From positions 1 to 64,000 of IMG/VR virus record IMGVR_UViG_3300009128_001633: a stretch of DNA of 64,000 nt, one strand, 5' to 3'. Source of the DNA: a virus. Below are positions 1 to 7,947 of the stretch, piece by piece. How positions within the stretch are numbered: the first letter of the stretch is position 1; every line of letters begins with the position of its first letter. A model generated the notes under the pieces. That model searched no databases, had not been told where the DNA came from, and saw only the letters and a list, made by a program, of their open reading frames with translations. The translations under genes and the position numbers were made by a program.

Positions 1-1
1 T

Positions 2-664
2 GACAAGAAAAAGAAAAAAGAGAGGAAAGTGAAGAAAGACAAAAAGAAGAAAAAGAAGGAGAAAGAAAAGAAGAAAATGAAGTCTTTCAAAAAGAAAGAC
101 AAAAATGTAATTGATAACGGAATCATCCCAGTTGAATATGCTGAGGTTATTGAAAAAATCACAGAAGACTTCGAACTGGAATGCGTACACAAATCTTCAA
201 TTACAACATTTAAAATCAACAATGTTATCGTCCTGTCTATCATTAAAGCCAAAAATTCCAAATCTGGCCTCGCATTTATGTTCAACGGAATGTCACCCAA
301 AAAGCTGAAAGACATAAAGGGCATTGTTAAACTCATTAAACTCCAGAAAGCAAGAGAGCCTTATGCATCACTTGCTGCTGTTGAACTCACCAGTAAGCTT
401 CCCTCTAACTTCAAAAAGGGTATGAAGCTTGCAATTAAGAGAGCTGAAAAGGCTGCAAAGGAACGAAAGGCTAAGGGTAAAGCACTTGCTGAAAAAGCTA
501 AAGAAAAATCCAGCAAGAAAAAGGACAAAAAGTCCGATAAGAAAAAGGACGATAAGAAAAAGGACGATAAGAAAAAGGACGATAAAAAGAAGGACAAAAA
601 GAAGGACAAAAAGTCCGATAAGAAAAAGGACGATAAAAAGAAGGACAAAAAGAAAAAGAAGTAG
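2..664 (+). CDS. Lys-rich protein with KKKDD-repeat tail (probably 5'-truncated by the window edge)
   Basis: The frame of ORF 29..664 is open from base 2. Very basic N- and C-terminal low-complexity tails; a terminator follows. Confidence 0.7.
   Translation, partial: DKKKKKERKVKKDKKKKKKEKEKKKMKSFKKKDKNVIDNGIIPVEYAEVIEKITEDFELECVHKSSITTFKINNVIVLSIIKAKNSKSGLAFMFNGMSPKKLKDIKGIVKLIKLQKAREPYASLAAVELTSKLPSNFKKGMKLAIKRAEKAAKERKAKGKALAEKAKEKSSKKKDKKSDKKKDDKKKDDKKKDDKKKDKKKDKKSDKKKDDKKKDKKKKK
515..660 (+). repeat. Coding tandem repeats (15-nt GATAAGAAAAAGGAC and 12-nt variants)
   Basis: Directly visible; encodes (KKKDD)n/(KKKD)n. Confidence 0.9.
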
Positions 665-688
665 CACATAAACAATAAACACCAATCC

Positions 689-720
689 AAAGCGGGACAG
701 TCCTTGTCCCGCTTTATTTT
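689..720 (+). terminator. Rho-independent terminator
   Basis: AAAGCGGGACA-GTCCT-TGTCCCGCTTT followed by ATTTTT. Confidence 0.85.
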
Positions 721-748
721 TATCATTTATCATAACAAGGAGACAAAA

Positions 749-1612
749 ATGAATTTCTTCACAAAAGAAGGGAATATTTTTGTACAAAAAGGCTTCAAAA
801 TCCCTCAAAAATCATTTACAACAGATATGAGTGGCAAAAACACATTCAATCCATCTAAAATGAGATGGTATAACACATTCGAAATATCACAATTTATAAG
901 ATTTATGATTGCTATACACTGGACAAAAAAACATTTTGATAAGTTGTTAAAATCTAACAAAAAGAGAAGATATGTTGCTGACTTTGGGTGCTCATGGTCG
1001 CAATTTTATTCATACTGGCGTAGCAATTGTAATTACTTTGGATGGCCACAGATAGCTTATCATGGCGTTGATGCAAACATAGATAGACTTGTGTTTGGCA
1101 AAACAACAATAACGCCAAAAAGAAATGATCGTTTTAAACATTACCTTGCAGATTTAACAGTACCGTTCAAACTTAAAAAACGTATGGACGTAATAGTGTG
1201 TCTGGAAACAATTGAACATGTACCAAAGAAAAAAGTTATTGAAGTTTTGAAAAACATTAAAAGAAATTTAAAACGTGACGGTGTTGCAATTTTATCATCT
1301 CCAAATCCAAGAAAAGATAAAGGTGAAGAATGGGCATGGGGTGAATCATCACATGGGGATCACAGCTATGAATGGAGTTTTGGAGAAATAACAAAGTTAT
1401 TACAAGATAATGTTGGACTAAAAATCATAGACTGTTGTGGATGCTTGCCGAGAAGAGAATTTAAGAACAGAACATCGTGGAAATCACCAAGAGATGCATT
1501 GGCAAGCAGACTACCACCATCACTTGTGAACAGTATTTTATGTACAATAGATAATATGGATTTATGCATACAATGGATGACAATTGTCAGAAAGAGAGGT
1601 ATTGACGAATGA
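749..1612 (+). CDS. Class I SAM-dependent methyltransferase
   Basis: VADFGC motif I, HGVD, DVIVCLETIEHV, ILSSPN. Start moved to ATG 749 because AAGGAG lies upstream and 704 falls inside the terminator. Confidence 0.8.
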   Translation: MNFFTKEGNIFVQKGFKIPQKSFTTDMSGKNTFNPSKMRWYNTFEISQFIRFMIAIHWTKKHFDKLLKSNKKRRYVADFGCSWSQFYSYWRSNCNYFGWPQIAYHGVDANIDRLVFGKTTITPKRNDRFKHYLADLTVPFKLKKRMDVIVCLETIEHVPKKKVIEVLKNIKRNLKRDGVAILSSPNPRKDKGEEWAWGESSHGDHSYEWSFGEITKLLQDNVGLKIIDCCGCLPRREFKNRTSWKSPRDALASRLPPSLVNSILCTIDNMDLCIQWMTIVRKRGIDE

Positions 1613-1827
1613 AATATATTAAAGACAAATATTATCACATACTTTCAGAAACAGACAATAAAGCTGCGGCACTATTAGTAGAATTGGTTAAAGCTGAGGC
1701 ACTTCTCAAACTAGCTAACCAATTAGAAAGATTTAATGATTTATTTGGATCACTTACAGTACCCGAAGCAGAAAATAGCGTTCGTAAGATGAAAGTCCAT
1801 TTAAGTGGAACTGTAGTGGGATCATAG
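1609..1827 (+). CDS. Hypothetical protein
   Basis: ATGA overlap with the upstream gene; GAGG RBS. Confidence 0.65.
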   Translation: MKYIKDKYYHILSETDNKAAALLVELVKAEALLKLANQLERFNDLFGSLTVPEAENSVRKMKVHLSGTVVGS

Positions 1828-1838
1828 GAGAAGCTAAA

Positions 1839-3059
1839 ATGAAGATAGGATATTTGAAATTCTGTATGCAGATGGAACTTGACATCACTAACGCTAAAGT
1901 TGGAAACATAGAAGGTCGTGCAACTTTGTTCCGTGCGATCATAGATGCTGGATGGGACTTAACATTATATTCACAAGTAACAAAACACGATGAAAATTTA
2001 TTAGCTGGATATGACATTAGAAATAACTATGGCATAGATAACAGATGGATACGATCAATTAAATATAAGCCTGACCAACCAGCTGACCAAGACACAAAAC
2101 TTTTGATAGTTGAAAATGGACCTGACAATTGGATGTTTAAAACAAGATACAATGATAATCAACCATTCATAAGAAGATGTGCCGAAGTTATGAATTCATA
2201 TTCAGGATTAGTATTCATATTTGGAATACATCCTGATGTGCCTTTTCCCCTGGATAAACTCGCTCATTGCAAAGTGGGATTTAATAGTAAACATAATGTT
2301 TATCGCAGAGGAAAAGGAAGTCACGTAGATCATGGTTGGGCATCATATGATGAAATTTGCAAACACAAAAAACTCATATTTTTCAACCAAGCTTATAATC
2401 AAGAAAAATATCTAGACAATTATGATAGGAAAAGGCAAGGTTATCGAAAACACAAAGTCAAATTTTACAGGCTTCCAATATTGTATGGCAGATGGTTACT
2501 GCCAAAATACATTAGAGACACTCCTTATCGTGAAGAAGTTAAGCTTGAATTTGTTTATTTGGGATATCCACGCTATAGAGAAAAAGAATATAGATATTAT
2601 TTATTTGATCAAAAATTTAGAATTGATGCATGGGGACCGTGGCATAAGAAAGCTAACTTGGAATTTAATCAAGAAGCAAGTGAACATGGTACCGTTGTTC
2701 ATAATTTTCTACCCGCTCAGGTGATGTGTACAGATATATATTGGCAAGCACATCTTTCATTTGGATTAATATCACAAAAACTCCAAGAATGTGGATGGGT
2801 AACGCATAGGACACTAGAGACTATCCAGTCTGGTTGTATATTGTTAGGCATACATGGAGTTGATGGAGTTGATGATTATCTTTATCCAGCATTTCAAATG
2901 TCAAGTAGAAAAGAACTGGGAGCAAAAGTTAAACAAATATTAAGTTTAAATCACAAGAAAAAGAAACAATTATGGAGAGATCAATTTGAAAAGATAAAAA
3001 AATATGATGGTAAGTTTATGCTAAAATATTTAATGAAGATTTTTAGAAAAGAATCATGA
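1839..3059 (+). CDS. T4-type DNA beta-glucosyltransferase homolog (GT-B fold)
   Basis: Colinear similarity to T4 BGT as recalled: MKIG/MKIA, LLIVENG/RLIVVNS, VMNSYSGLVF/FMAKYKSKIY, LEFVYLG/LDVIYGG, REKEYRYYLFD/RESKMVEFLFD, WVTHRTLETIQS/FITLRVWETMAS, FQMSSRKEL/FYVNNRAEL. Confidence 0.75.
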   Translation: MKIGYLKFCMQMELDITNAKVGNIEGRATLFRAIIDAGWDLTLYSQVTKHDENLLAGYDIRNNYGIDNRWIRSIKYKPDQPADQDTKLLIVENGPDNWMFKTRYNDNQPFIRRCAEVMNSYSGLVFIFGIHPDVPFPLDKLAHCKVGFNSKHNVYRRGKGSHVDHGWASYDEICKHKKLIFFNQAYNQEKYLDNYDRKRQGYRKHKVKFYRLPILYGRWLLPKYIRDTPYREEVKLEFVYLGYPRYREKEYRYYLFDQKFRIDAWGPWHKKANLEFNQEASEHGTVVHNFLPAQVMCTDIYWQAHLSFGLISQKLQECGWVTHRTLETIQSGCILLGIHGVDGVDDYLYPAFQMSSRKELGAKVKQILSLNHKKKKQLWRDQFEKIKKYDGKFMLKYLMKIFRKES

Positions 3060-3232
3060 ATAATATAACATACAAAGCTTTTGAAATAATATGTGCAATA
3101 ATTATAATATATTTGATAATGTGCAATATTATGTTTTCATTTAATCATCCAAACTTAAATCAATTTCAGCTATTTAGACATCCAATAGAATTTCTTTTAT
3201 GGGATAGAGTGAATGGGGGGGAAAATGAATAA
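3056..3232 (+). CDS. Small membrane protein (58 aa, below the ORF-track cutoff)
   Basis: ATGA overlap; MNNITYKAFEIICAIIIIYLIMCNIMF... has one hydrophobic segment; fills the intergenic gap. Confidence 0.55.
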   Translation: MNNITYKAFEIICAIIIIYLIMCNIMFSFNHPNLNQFQLFRHPIEFLLWDRVNGGENE

Positions 3233-3521
3233 AAATATCTGGCAAGTATATTTATTAAAATGTTATAAAGATGGGACATATTATTGTGGCATAACCAATG
3301 AAATAGTTAGCAGACTACTAAGACATCATAATGGTACGGCTTCTAAATATACAAGAGGAAGAGGACCATTTAAACTTCTAGCAATAACTGGACTTATAAC
3401 AAGAAGCAGAGCACTTAAAATAGAACATCTTATAAAGAAAACTAAAAAGAAAAATAAAATAATGAAAATGATATTAATATCGAAAAAGATTGAAAGAGAA
3501 AGGATGGAAGATGAAAAATAA
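3225..3521 (+). CDS. GIY-YIG nuclease (UPF0213/YhbQ-like)
   Basis: WQVYLLKC..GTYYCGITN....RL..HHNG.ASKYTRGRGP...ALKIEHLIKK. Confidence 0.9.
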   Translation: MNKNIWQVYLLKCYKDGTYYCGITNEIVSRLLRHHNGTASKYTRGRGPFKLLAITGLITRSRALKIEHLIKKTKKKNKIMKMILISKKIERERMEDEK

Positions 3522-3711
3522 TGGCGCGGACTTAGAAACTGTAAATAACTTGACAAGCATTTTAATTATATTTCTAAAAGATAGACCAGAAAGTTTAATA
3601 GAGAAAACAACAGCATTAAAATCCGCTGCACATATGATAGATGAATCAATACTCTCAACATCATCAGCTATGAATTTGAAAAAAATCTTTGAAAGCATAG
3701 GGAAAGGATAA
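3511..3711 (+). CDS. Hypothetical protein
   Basis: ORF tiling the operon. Confidence 0.55.
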   Translation: MKNNGADLETVNNLTSILIIFLKDRPESLIEKTTALKSAAHMIDESILSTSSAMNLKKIFESIGKG

Positions 3712-3716
3712 TTAAA

Positions 3717-4343
3717 ATGAAAAAGAAACCATTGTTAGAAATATTTGATAACCTAAAATATCCAGAATGCTTCAGTGGGTTCTATTTATTAAGAACTGGA
3801 TGGATAGAACTAGATTTAGTGGCAAGATTAAAATGCTATCAATGCGGAATTTACAAAAGAGCAATATTATGTCCACCATATCTATGGCAAACATATTCTC
3901 AATTTAAAACATTTAAATCAACAAGAAAATTCATAGATAGTTTTGATTTCGTGGCTATTTTCATATGGAAAAATGATGGAACTAAATCATGGAAAATTAA
4001 CAAATCTGAACTAAGCCACGTGACTTTTAAAAAGAAAATGGGTAGAAGTCTAAAGGGTACAGAAAGTGGACAAGCAAGAGAAATAACTATGCTTATGAAA
4101 AAGTATAGAAGGGAGATTAAGAAAAATGGATATGATAACTTTTGTTTCATCCCCGGACATTGTGACTTATGTGGGCGTAAGTGTCCTAATCGCGACAACC
4201 CTCCTTGTAAGAGGAAAGGAATGCCTAGTATGGAATCTGTTGGGATTGATGTATATAAACTACTTGAAAAGATAGAAGTAGAATACGAATATCCTGTAAT
4301 TAATTATATGACTAATGTTACAATGATGTTAGTAAAGAGGTAG
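3717..4343 (+). CDS. DUF2284-family Cys-rich metal-binding protein
   Basis: RLKC..CG.Y.....CPP, G.CDLC...C......C and PSMESVGIDV motifs. Confidence 0.8.
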   Translation: MKKKPLLEIFDNLKYPECFSGFYLLRTGWIELDLVARLKCYQCGIYKRAILCPPYLWQTYSQFKTFKSTRKFIDSFDFVAIFIWKNDGTKSWKINKSELSHVTFKKKMGRSLKGTESGQAREITMLMKKYRREIKKNGYDNFCFIPGHCDLCGRKCPNRDNPPCKRKGMPSMESVGIDVYKLLEKIEVEYEYPVINYMTNVTMMLVKR

Positions 4344-4424
4344 AAATATGGAAATGAAATATTAGGGATTCAACTAATGTAATTGTAGAATGGGAGAATA
4401 TATTTTAAAAAAGGAGGAAGAAAA

Positions 4425-4871
4425 ATGCCAAACGGACACAGAAAAAGACCATTGAGTGAATTCGGAAAACATGATTATGCAGATCATGGAACATCAAGCT
4501 GTAAATATGGATGCGGATGTTGGGCGGGGTCAACCATGTCAGGTGGTCCAGTCGGAATAGACCCATTCGGACAATGTCATGAAAATGTACCCGACGAGAG
4601 CCGTGACACAGACTATGAAGATCTCGTAAACGGACGTATTGATAAACTTGAATCTGAAGTGTATAGACTTAAAGAATTTGAAGAGATAGTTATCAAAAGT
4701 AGAGAAAATTCAAAGGTTAATTTAGTTCAGGAAAACAGCGAAATTAGATCAAAAATAAATAGGTTGTCACATTTTATACATAATACATTTAAAGAAATTG
4801 ATACACTTAGTGACAAACATGATAAACTAAGGAAGGAAATTATGGAGCATGAAGAAGACAACAGTGGTTAA
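4425..4871 (+). CDS. Hypothetical protein (Cys/His N-terminus plus coiled coil)
   Basis: AGGAGG RBS; CKYGCGC motif. Confidence 0.7.
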   Translation: MPNGHRKRPLSEFGKHDYADHGTSSCKYGCGCWAGSTMSGGPVGIDPFGQCHENVPDESRDTDYEDLVNGRIDKLESEVYRLKEFEEIVIKSRENSKVNLVQENSEIRSKINRLSHFIHNTFKEIDTLSDKHDKLRKEIMEHEEDNSG

Positions 4872-5151
4872 CTGTAAAAGAGAAGAATACGATATATTAA
4901 TAGATAGAAAAACACCATATGGTAATCCATTCGTAGTTGGAAAAGATGGAGATCGCAAAACAGTTATTAAAAAACACAAAGATTGGTTATCAGGTAAAAA
5001 ATTTAAGAAGTTCTTGCAAAAAAGAAGAAAATATGTCTTACAACGAATACCATTAATGCAAGGAGAACGCTTAGGATGATGGTGTGACCCATCGCCGTGT
5101 CACGGTGATACGTATGCTGAGTTAGCAGATGCATATAAGGAGAAGGAATAA
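4849..5151 (+). CDS. DUF4326-family protein with in-frame TGA (candidate selenocysteine) at 5077-5079
   Basis: N-terminal YDILIDR.TPYGNPF..GKDG.R is DUF4326-like. Reading through TGA gives LG*WCDPSPCHGDTYAELA, matching the family motif LGCWC.P..CHGD.L. TAA at 5149-5151 lies 2 nt before the next ATG. Confidence 0.75.
5091..5109 (+). promoter_or_regulatory. Candidate bacterial SECIS hairpin
   Basis: ATCGCCG-TGTCA-CGGTGAT stem-loop with a GU-containing loop, starting 11 nt after the TGA; GC-rich in an AT-rich genome. Confidence 0.6.
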
Positions 5152-5153
5152 AT

Positions 5154-5462
5154 ATGGATAATGGCAGAAGAGATTTTATAAAAACAATGGCACTAACAAT
5201 AGTTGGATCTACACTCATTGGTATAAGGTTTCCTGCTGAAGATTTCCTTTTAACGAAACCAAAATTTTTTGATAAATCTGTAAATATAGTCGCAATAAAT
5301 TTTGAATCTGGCATTCAACTACAGTTTTCTGTTGCTAGGAATGTATGTCCGATACTTGAATTAGAAGATGTTATAAAAGTAAACTGCAATCATGGTAGTC
5401 AACAATTAATTAAAAACCAATCTTTTACAATAACAAATATAGAGGAGATTAGTGATGCATAA
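5154..5462 (+). CDS. Small protein with twin-arginine (Tat)-like signal
   Basis: N-terminal GRRDFIK followed by a hydrophobic stretch. Confidence 0.6.
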   Translation: MDNGRRDFIKTMALTIVGSTLIGIRFPAEDFLLTKPKFFDKSVNIVAINFESGIQLQFSVARNVCPILELEDVIKVNCNHGSQQLIKNQSFTITNIEEISDA

Positions 5463-6000
5463 TTTTAAACTAGTAGAAAGGTTTACAATAAAGAAACCAA
5501 CATTAGTTCTAGATGAAAAATCTTTAAACTGTTTTTTATACCAGTTTAAAGAAGGTGGTTTTTCTATAAAGCAATTCACAGATTGGTTAGAAGGGAAAAT
5601 AATAGATGTGTTTGAGTTTACTGGAAGATTTGGTAAAAGCACAACATGTCCTTGGTGTGATAATGTAATTTATAGCGTTGAAGATTGTGCAAAAGATCAT
5701 AAAAAGACAGAAGAAGATGTTGAAACAATTAAACTATCAAATCACTTATATAAGCTACAATTAGAATATACAAGGAATGGCAATTATGATGCACTACACC
5801 TCTTAATGAACAAATCGTGTCAATATTGTATTAATCCAACCATTAAAGGTCGTGAAGGTAAATGTGCAATACCTGAAAGTTCTCGTAATAAACCACGCAG
5901 TGTTAGAACATTAGGTCTAGGATTCAGAGGGTTTAACCATAAAAAGTATGGGTCAAATACTGTATGCATACTGTATAGACGTAAACCAATAAATAAATAA
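5455..6000 (+). CDS. Divergent DUF2284-like Cys-rich protein
   Basis: FGKSTTCP, SCQYC, KCAIPE...PRSVRTLGL resemble the DUF2284 motifs of 3717..4343. Confidence 0.5.
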   Translation: MHNFKLVERFTIKKPTLVLDEKSLNCFLYQFKEGGFSIKQFTDWLEGKIIDVFEFTGRFGKSTTCPWCDNVIYSVEDCAKDHKKTEEDVETIKLSNHLYKLQLEYTRNGNYDALHLLMNKSCQYCINPTIKGREGKCAIPESSRNKPRSVRTLGLGFRGFNHKKYGSNTVCILYRRKPINK

Positions 6001-6013
6001 GGAGGGCAATAAA

Positions 6014-7066
6014 ATGATAGACTTAATAGAGAATGAAACAAAAAACTTTAAAAATCTCAAAAGATTCAAAGAGTACGTTAAAGACCAAGATGTAAGAAAA
6101 CGTGAAAGATTAGTACAATTTTCTGATTGGGAAATGGGTAAAAATGGTTTAAGATTAAAAACAAAAAAAGGAAAATTCACAACATTTCCAATAAGAGATT
6201 CTGGTATGAAAACTTTGCTCCGAACTTTTCAAATGCCAGTTAACTTTTACTATAGAAAATCACCAACCGATATGCTAGTTAGAGACATAAACAGAATGAG
6301 AGATGAATATTCACCAGATAGTGAATTTATTGTTTTCTTACAAAAACCAGAAAACGGTGGTAGAAAAGAAGTTAGAGCAGTAGCCAAACCAAACACAAGA
6401 CATGTAACTGATCATATCACACTTCTTGATAGTACAGACCTTAATAAAAAATTATTTGAACGAGCATCTTATAGCGATCTAGGAGTAAGGATCACAACGT
6501 CAGACGAATCTAAAGCAATAAAAGTAACAAAGGGTGATATAATTAATATGGGCGTAGAACTAATGTATTCAGACGTAGGATTTTTTACAACTTCTGGCAA
6601 CCCATTTCTTAATAGATTAGTTTGTACAAATGGAATGGTTATGAAAGAAAAAAATCCATTATTAACAAATTTCACTATGTCATTCGGTCCAAGAATGACT
6701 GAAGAAAACTTTTTATCAACACTAAATCACAATATAGATACAGTTGAAGCAGATACAAAGATTTTAAAAAGAACATTTAAATCAATGAAAAGTAATCCTG
6801 TGATGGCTCTTCCAATGGGTCTTTCACAAATGAAAAAGATAAGATCTGCCATAGGTATAGAAAAATTTGATGCACATGAAAAATTATCAACTAAAATAAT
6901 GGAAGGTGAAACAGAAAAAAGAATGATAAATACTGATCTTGAACTATATTCAGCACTTGACGTTGTAACCAGAATGGCTAAGGGATATGATTATTTAAGT
7001 CGCAGAAGAATAGAAGGACTTGCAGGTGGATTAATATTAATGAGTGCAGAGAGTTTGCCAAGCTAA
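6014..7066 (+). CDS. DUF932-like phage protein
   Basis: G.ELMYSDVG......PFLNRLVCTNGMV signature; GGAGG RBS. Confidence 0.7.
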   Translation: MIDLIENETKNFKNLKRFKEYVKDQDVRKRERLVQFSDWEMGKNGLRLKTKKGKFTTFPIRDSGMKTLLRTFQMPVNFYYRKSPTDMLVRDINRMRDEYSPDSEFIVFLQKPENGGRKEVRAVAKPNTRHVTDHITLLDSTDLNKKLFERASYSDLGVRITTSDESKAIKVTKGDIINMGVELMYSDVGFFTTSGNPFLNRLVCTNGMVMKEKNPLLTNFTMSFGPRMTEENFLSTLNHNIDTVEADTKILKRTFKSMKSNPVMALPMGLSQMKKIRSAIGIEKFDAHEKLSTKIMEGETEKRMINTDLELYSALDVVTRMAKGYDYLSRRRIEGLAGGLILMSAESLPS

Positions 7067-7434
7067 TGAATAAAATAATAGGAATAGTTGGATCTAGAAA
7101 AAGAAATAGTACGAAAGATTACAAAAAAGTTAAACGCAAATTTCTTTTTTTATATGAAGGTGGCGATTTCATTTGTTCAGGAAAATGTCCAAAAGGAGCT
7201 GACAAATTTGCTGTAATCTTAGCAAGCTTATTTGTACCTCCGGAAAATAGGTTGTGGTTTCCACCTAATTGGAACAAATATGGTAAATCAGCAGGATTTA
7301 TAAGAAACACAAAAATAGCAAGAGTTTCAGAATATCTCATAGCTTGTGTAACAAAAAATAGAAAAGGAGGCACTGAAGATACTATTGAAAAGTTTATTAA
7401 ATTTCATGGAAAGGAGAATTTGTACATACTGTGA
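7066..7434 (+). CDS. SLOG/YspA (DUF2493)-like nucleotide-binding protein
   Basis: IGIVGSR, SG.CPKGAD, W.KYGKSAGFIRN..I, GGT..TI. Confidence 0.85.
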   Translation: MNKIIGIVGSRKRNSTKDYKKVKRKFLFLYEGGDFICSGKCPKGADKFAVILASLFVPPENRLWFPPNWNKYGKSAGFIRNTKIARVSEYLIACVTKNRKGGTEDTIEKFIKFHGKENLYIL

Positions 7435-7673
7435 AACCAATAAAAAAGATTTTTACTAGAGCGTTCAGTATTGTATTTGCCGGAGGTCCAATTCTATAGC
7501 TTCAGTGGGAAAATATTCAAAGCATGACAATCTATGATGTTATAATGATGATACTATTTATGTTGGTAGTATTTTCATGGTTATTTTTTGTATTTTATTC
7601 TTTCATGGGAGATGGATTCATAAAAGTTCTAGATCTTAACCTTTTAAAGAAAGGAAAAACTTTTGAAATTTAA
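7431..7673 (+). pseudogene. Small membrane protein interrupted by an in-frame TAG (7497-7499)
   Basis: GTGA overlap and AAGGAG RBS; MKPIKKIFTRAFSIVFAGGPIL*LQWENIQSMTIYDVIMMILFMLVVFSWLFFVFYSF... continues in frame to TAA 7671-7673. Confidence 0.45.
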
Positions 7674-7686
7674 TAAGGAGGAAAAA

Positions 7687-7947
7687 ATGAATGATAAATC
7701 AAGACAAGTACAAAGAAGACCAGGAATTTATCCAGAATGCGATGTTGATGGATGTGGTGACCCAGTACAATACGAGATTGGATTAAAAAGCAGAATAGTA
7801 TTCAAACTATGCAGATTTCACGTTGAACCTGGAAGAGATAAGCTGGATGAATTTACAGTGGAATATTTAAAACTTGAACAGAAAATGCATAAAGAATTAC
7901 GAAGTGCCATAAGGGGTTTACCACTAAGAAAGGGGATGGAACAATGA
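7687..7947 (+). CDS. Hypothetical zinc-finger-like protein
   Basis: AAGGAGG RBS; CDVDGC...LCRFH. Confidence 0.7.
   Translation: MNDKSRQVQRRPGIYPECDVDGCGDPVQYEIGLKSRIVFKLCRFHVEPGRDKLDEFTVEYLKLEQKMHKELRSAIRGLPLRKGMEQ

Noticed and set aside
515-660. CRISPR array
   Set aside because: The repeats are contiguous, in-frame coding units without unique spacers; no array was seen anywhere in the window.
361-808. Hydrophobic F/L/S-rich minus-strand ORFs (also 15907..16692, 20768..21673 and many other short antisense ORFs)
   Set aside because: They are antisense shadows of Lys/Glu-rich real genes, have no RBS and run against local gene orientation.
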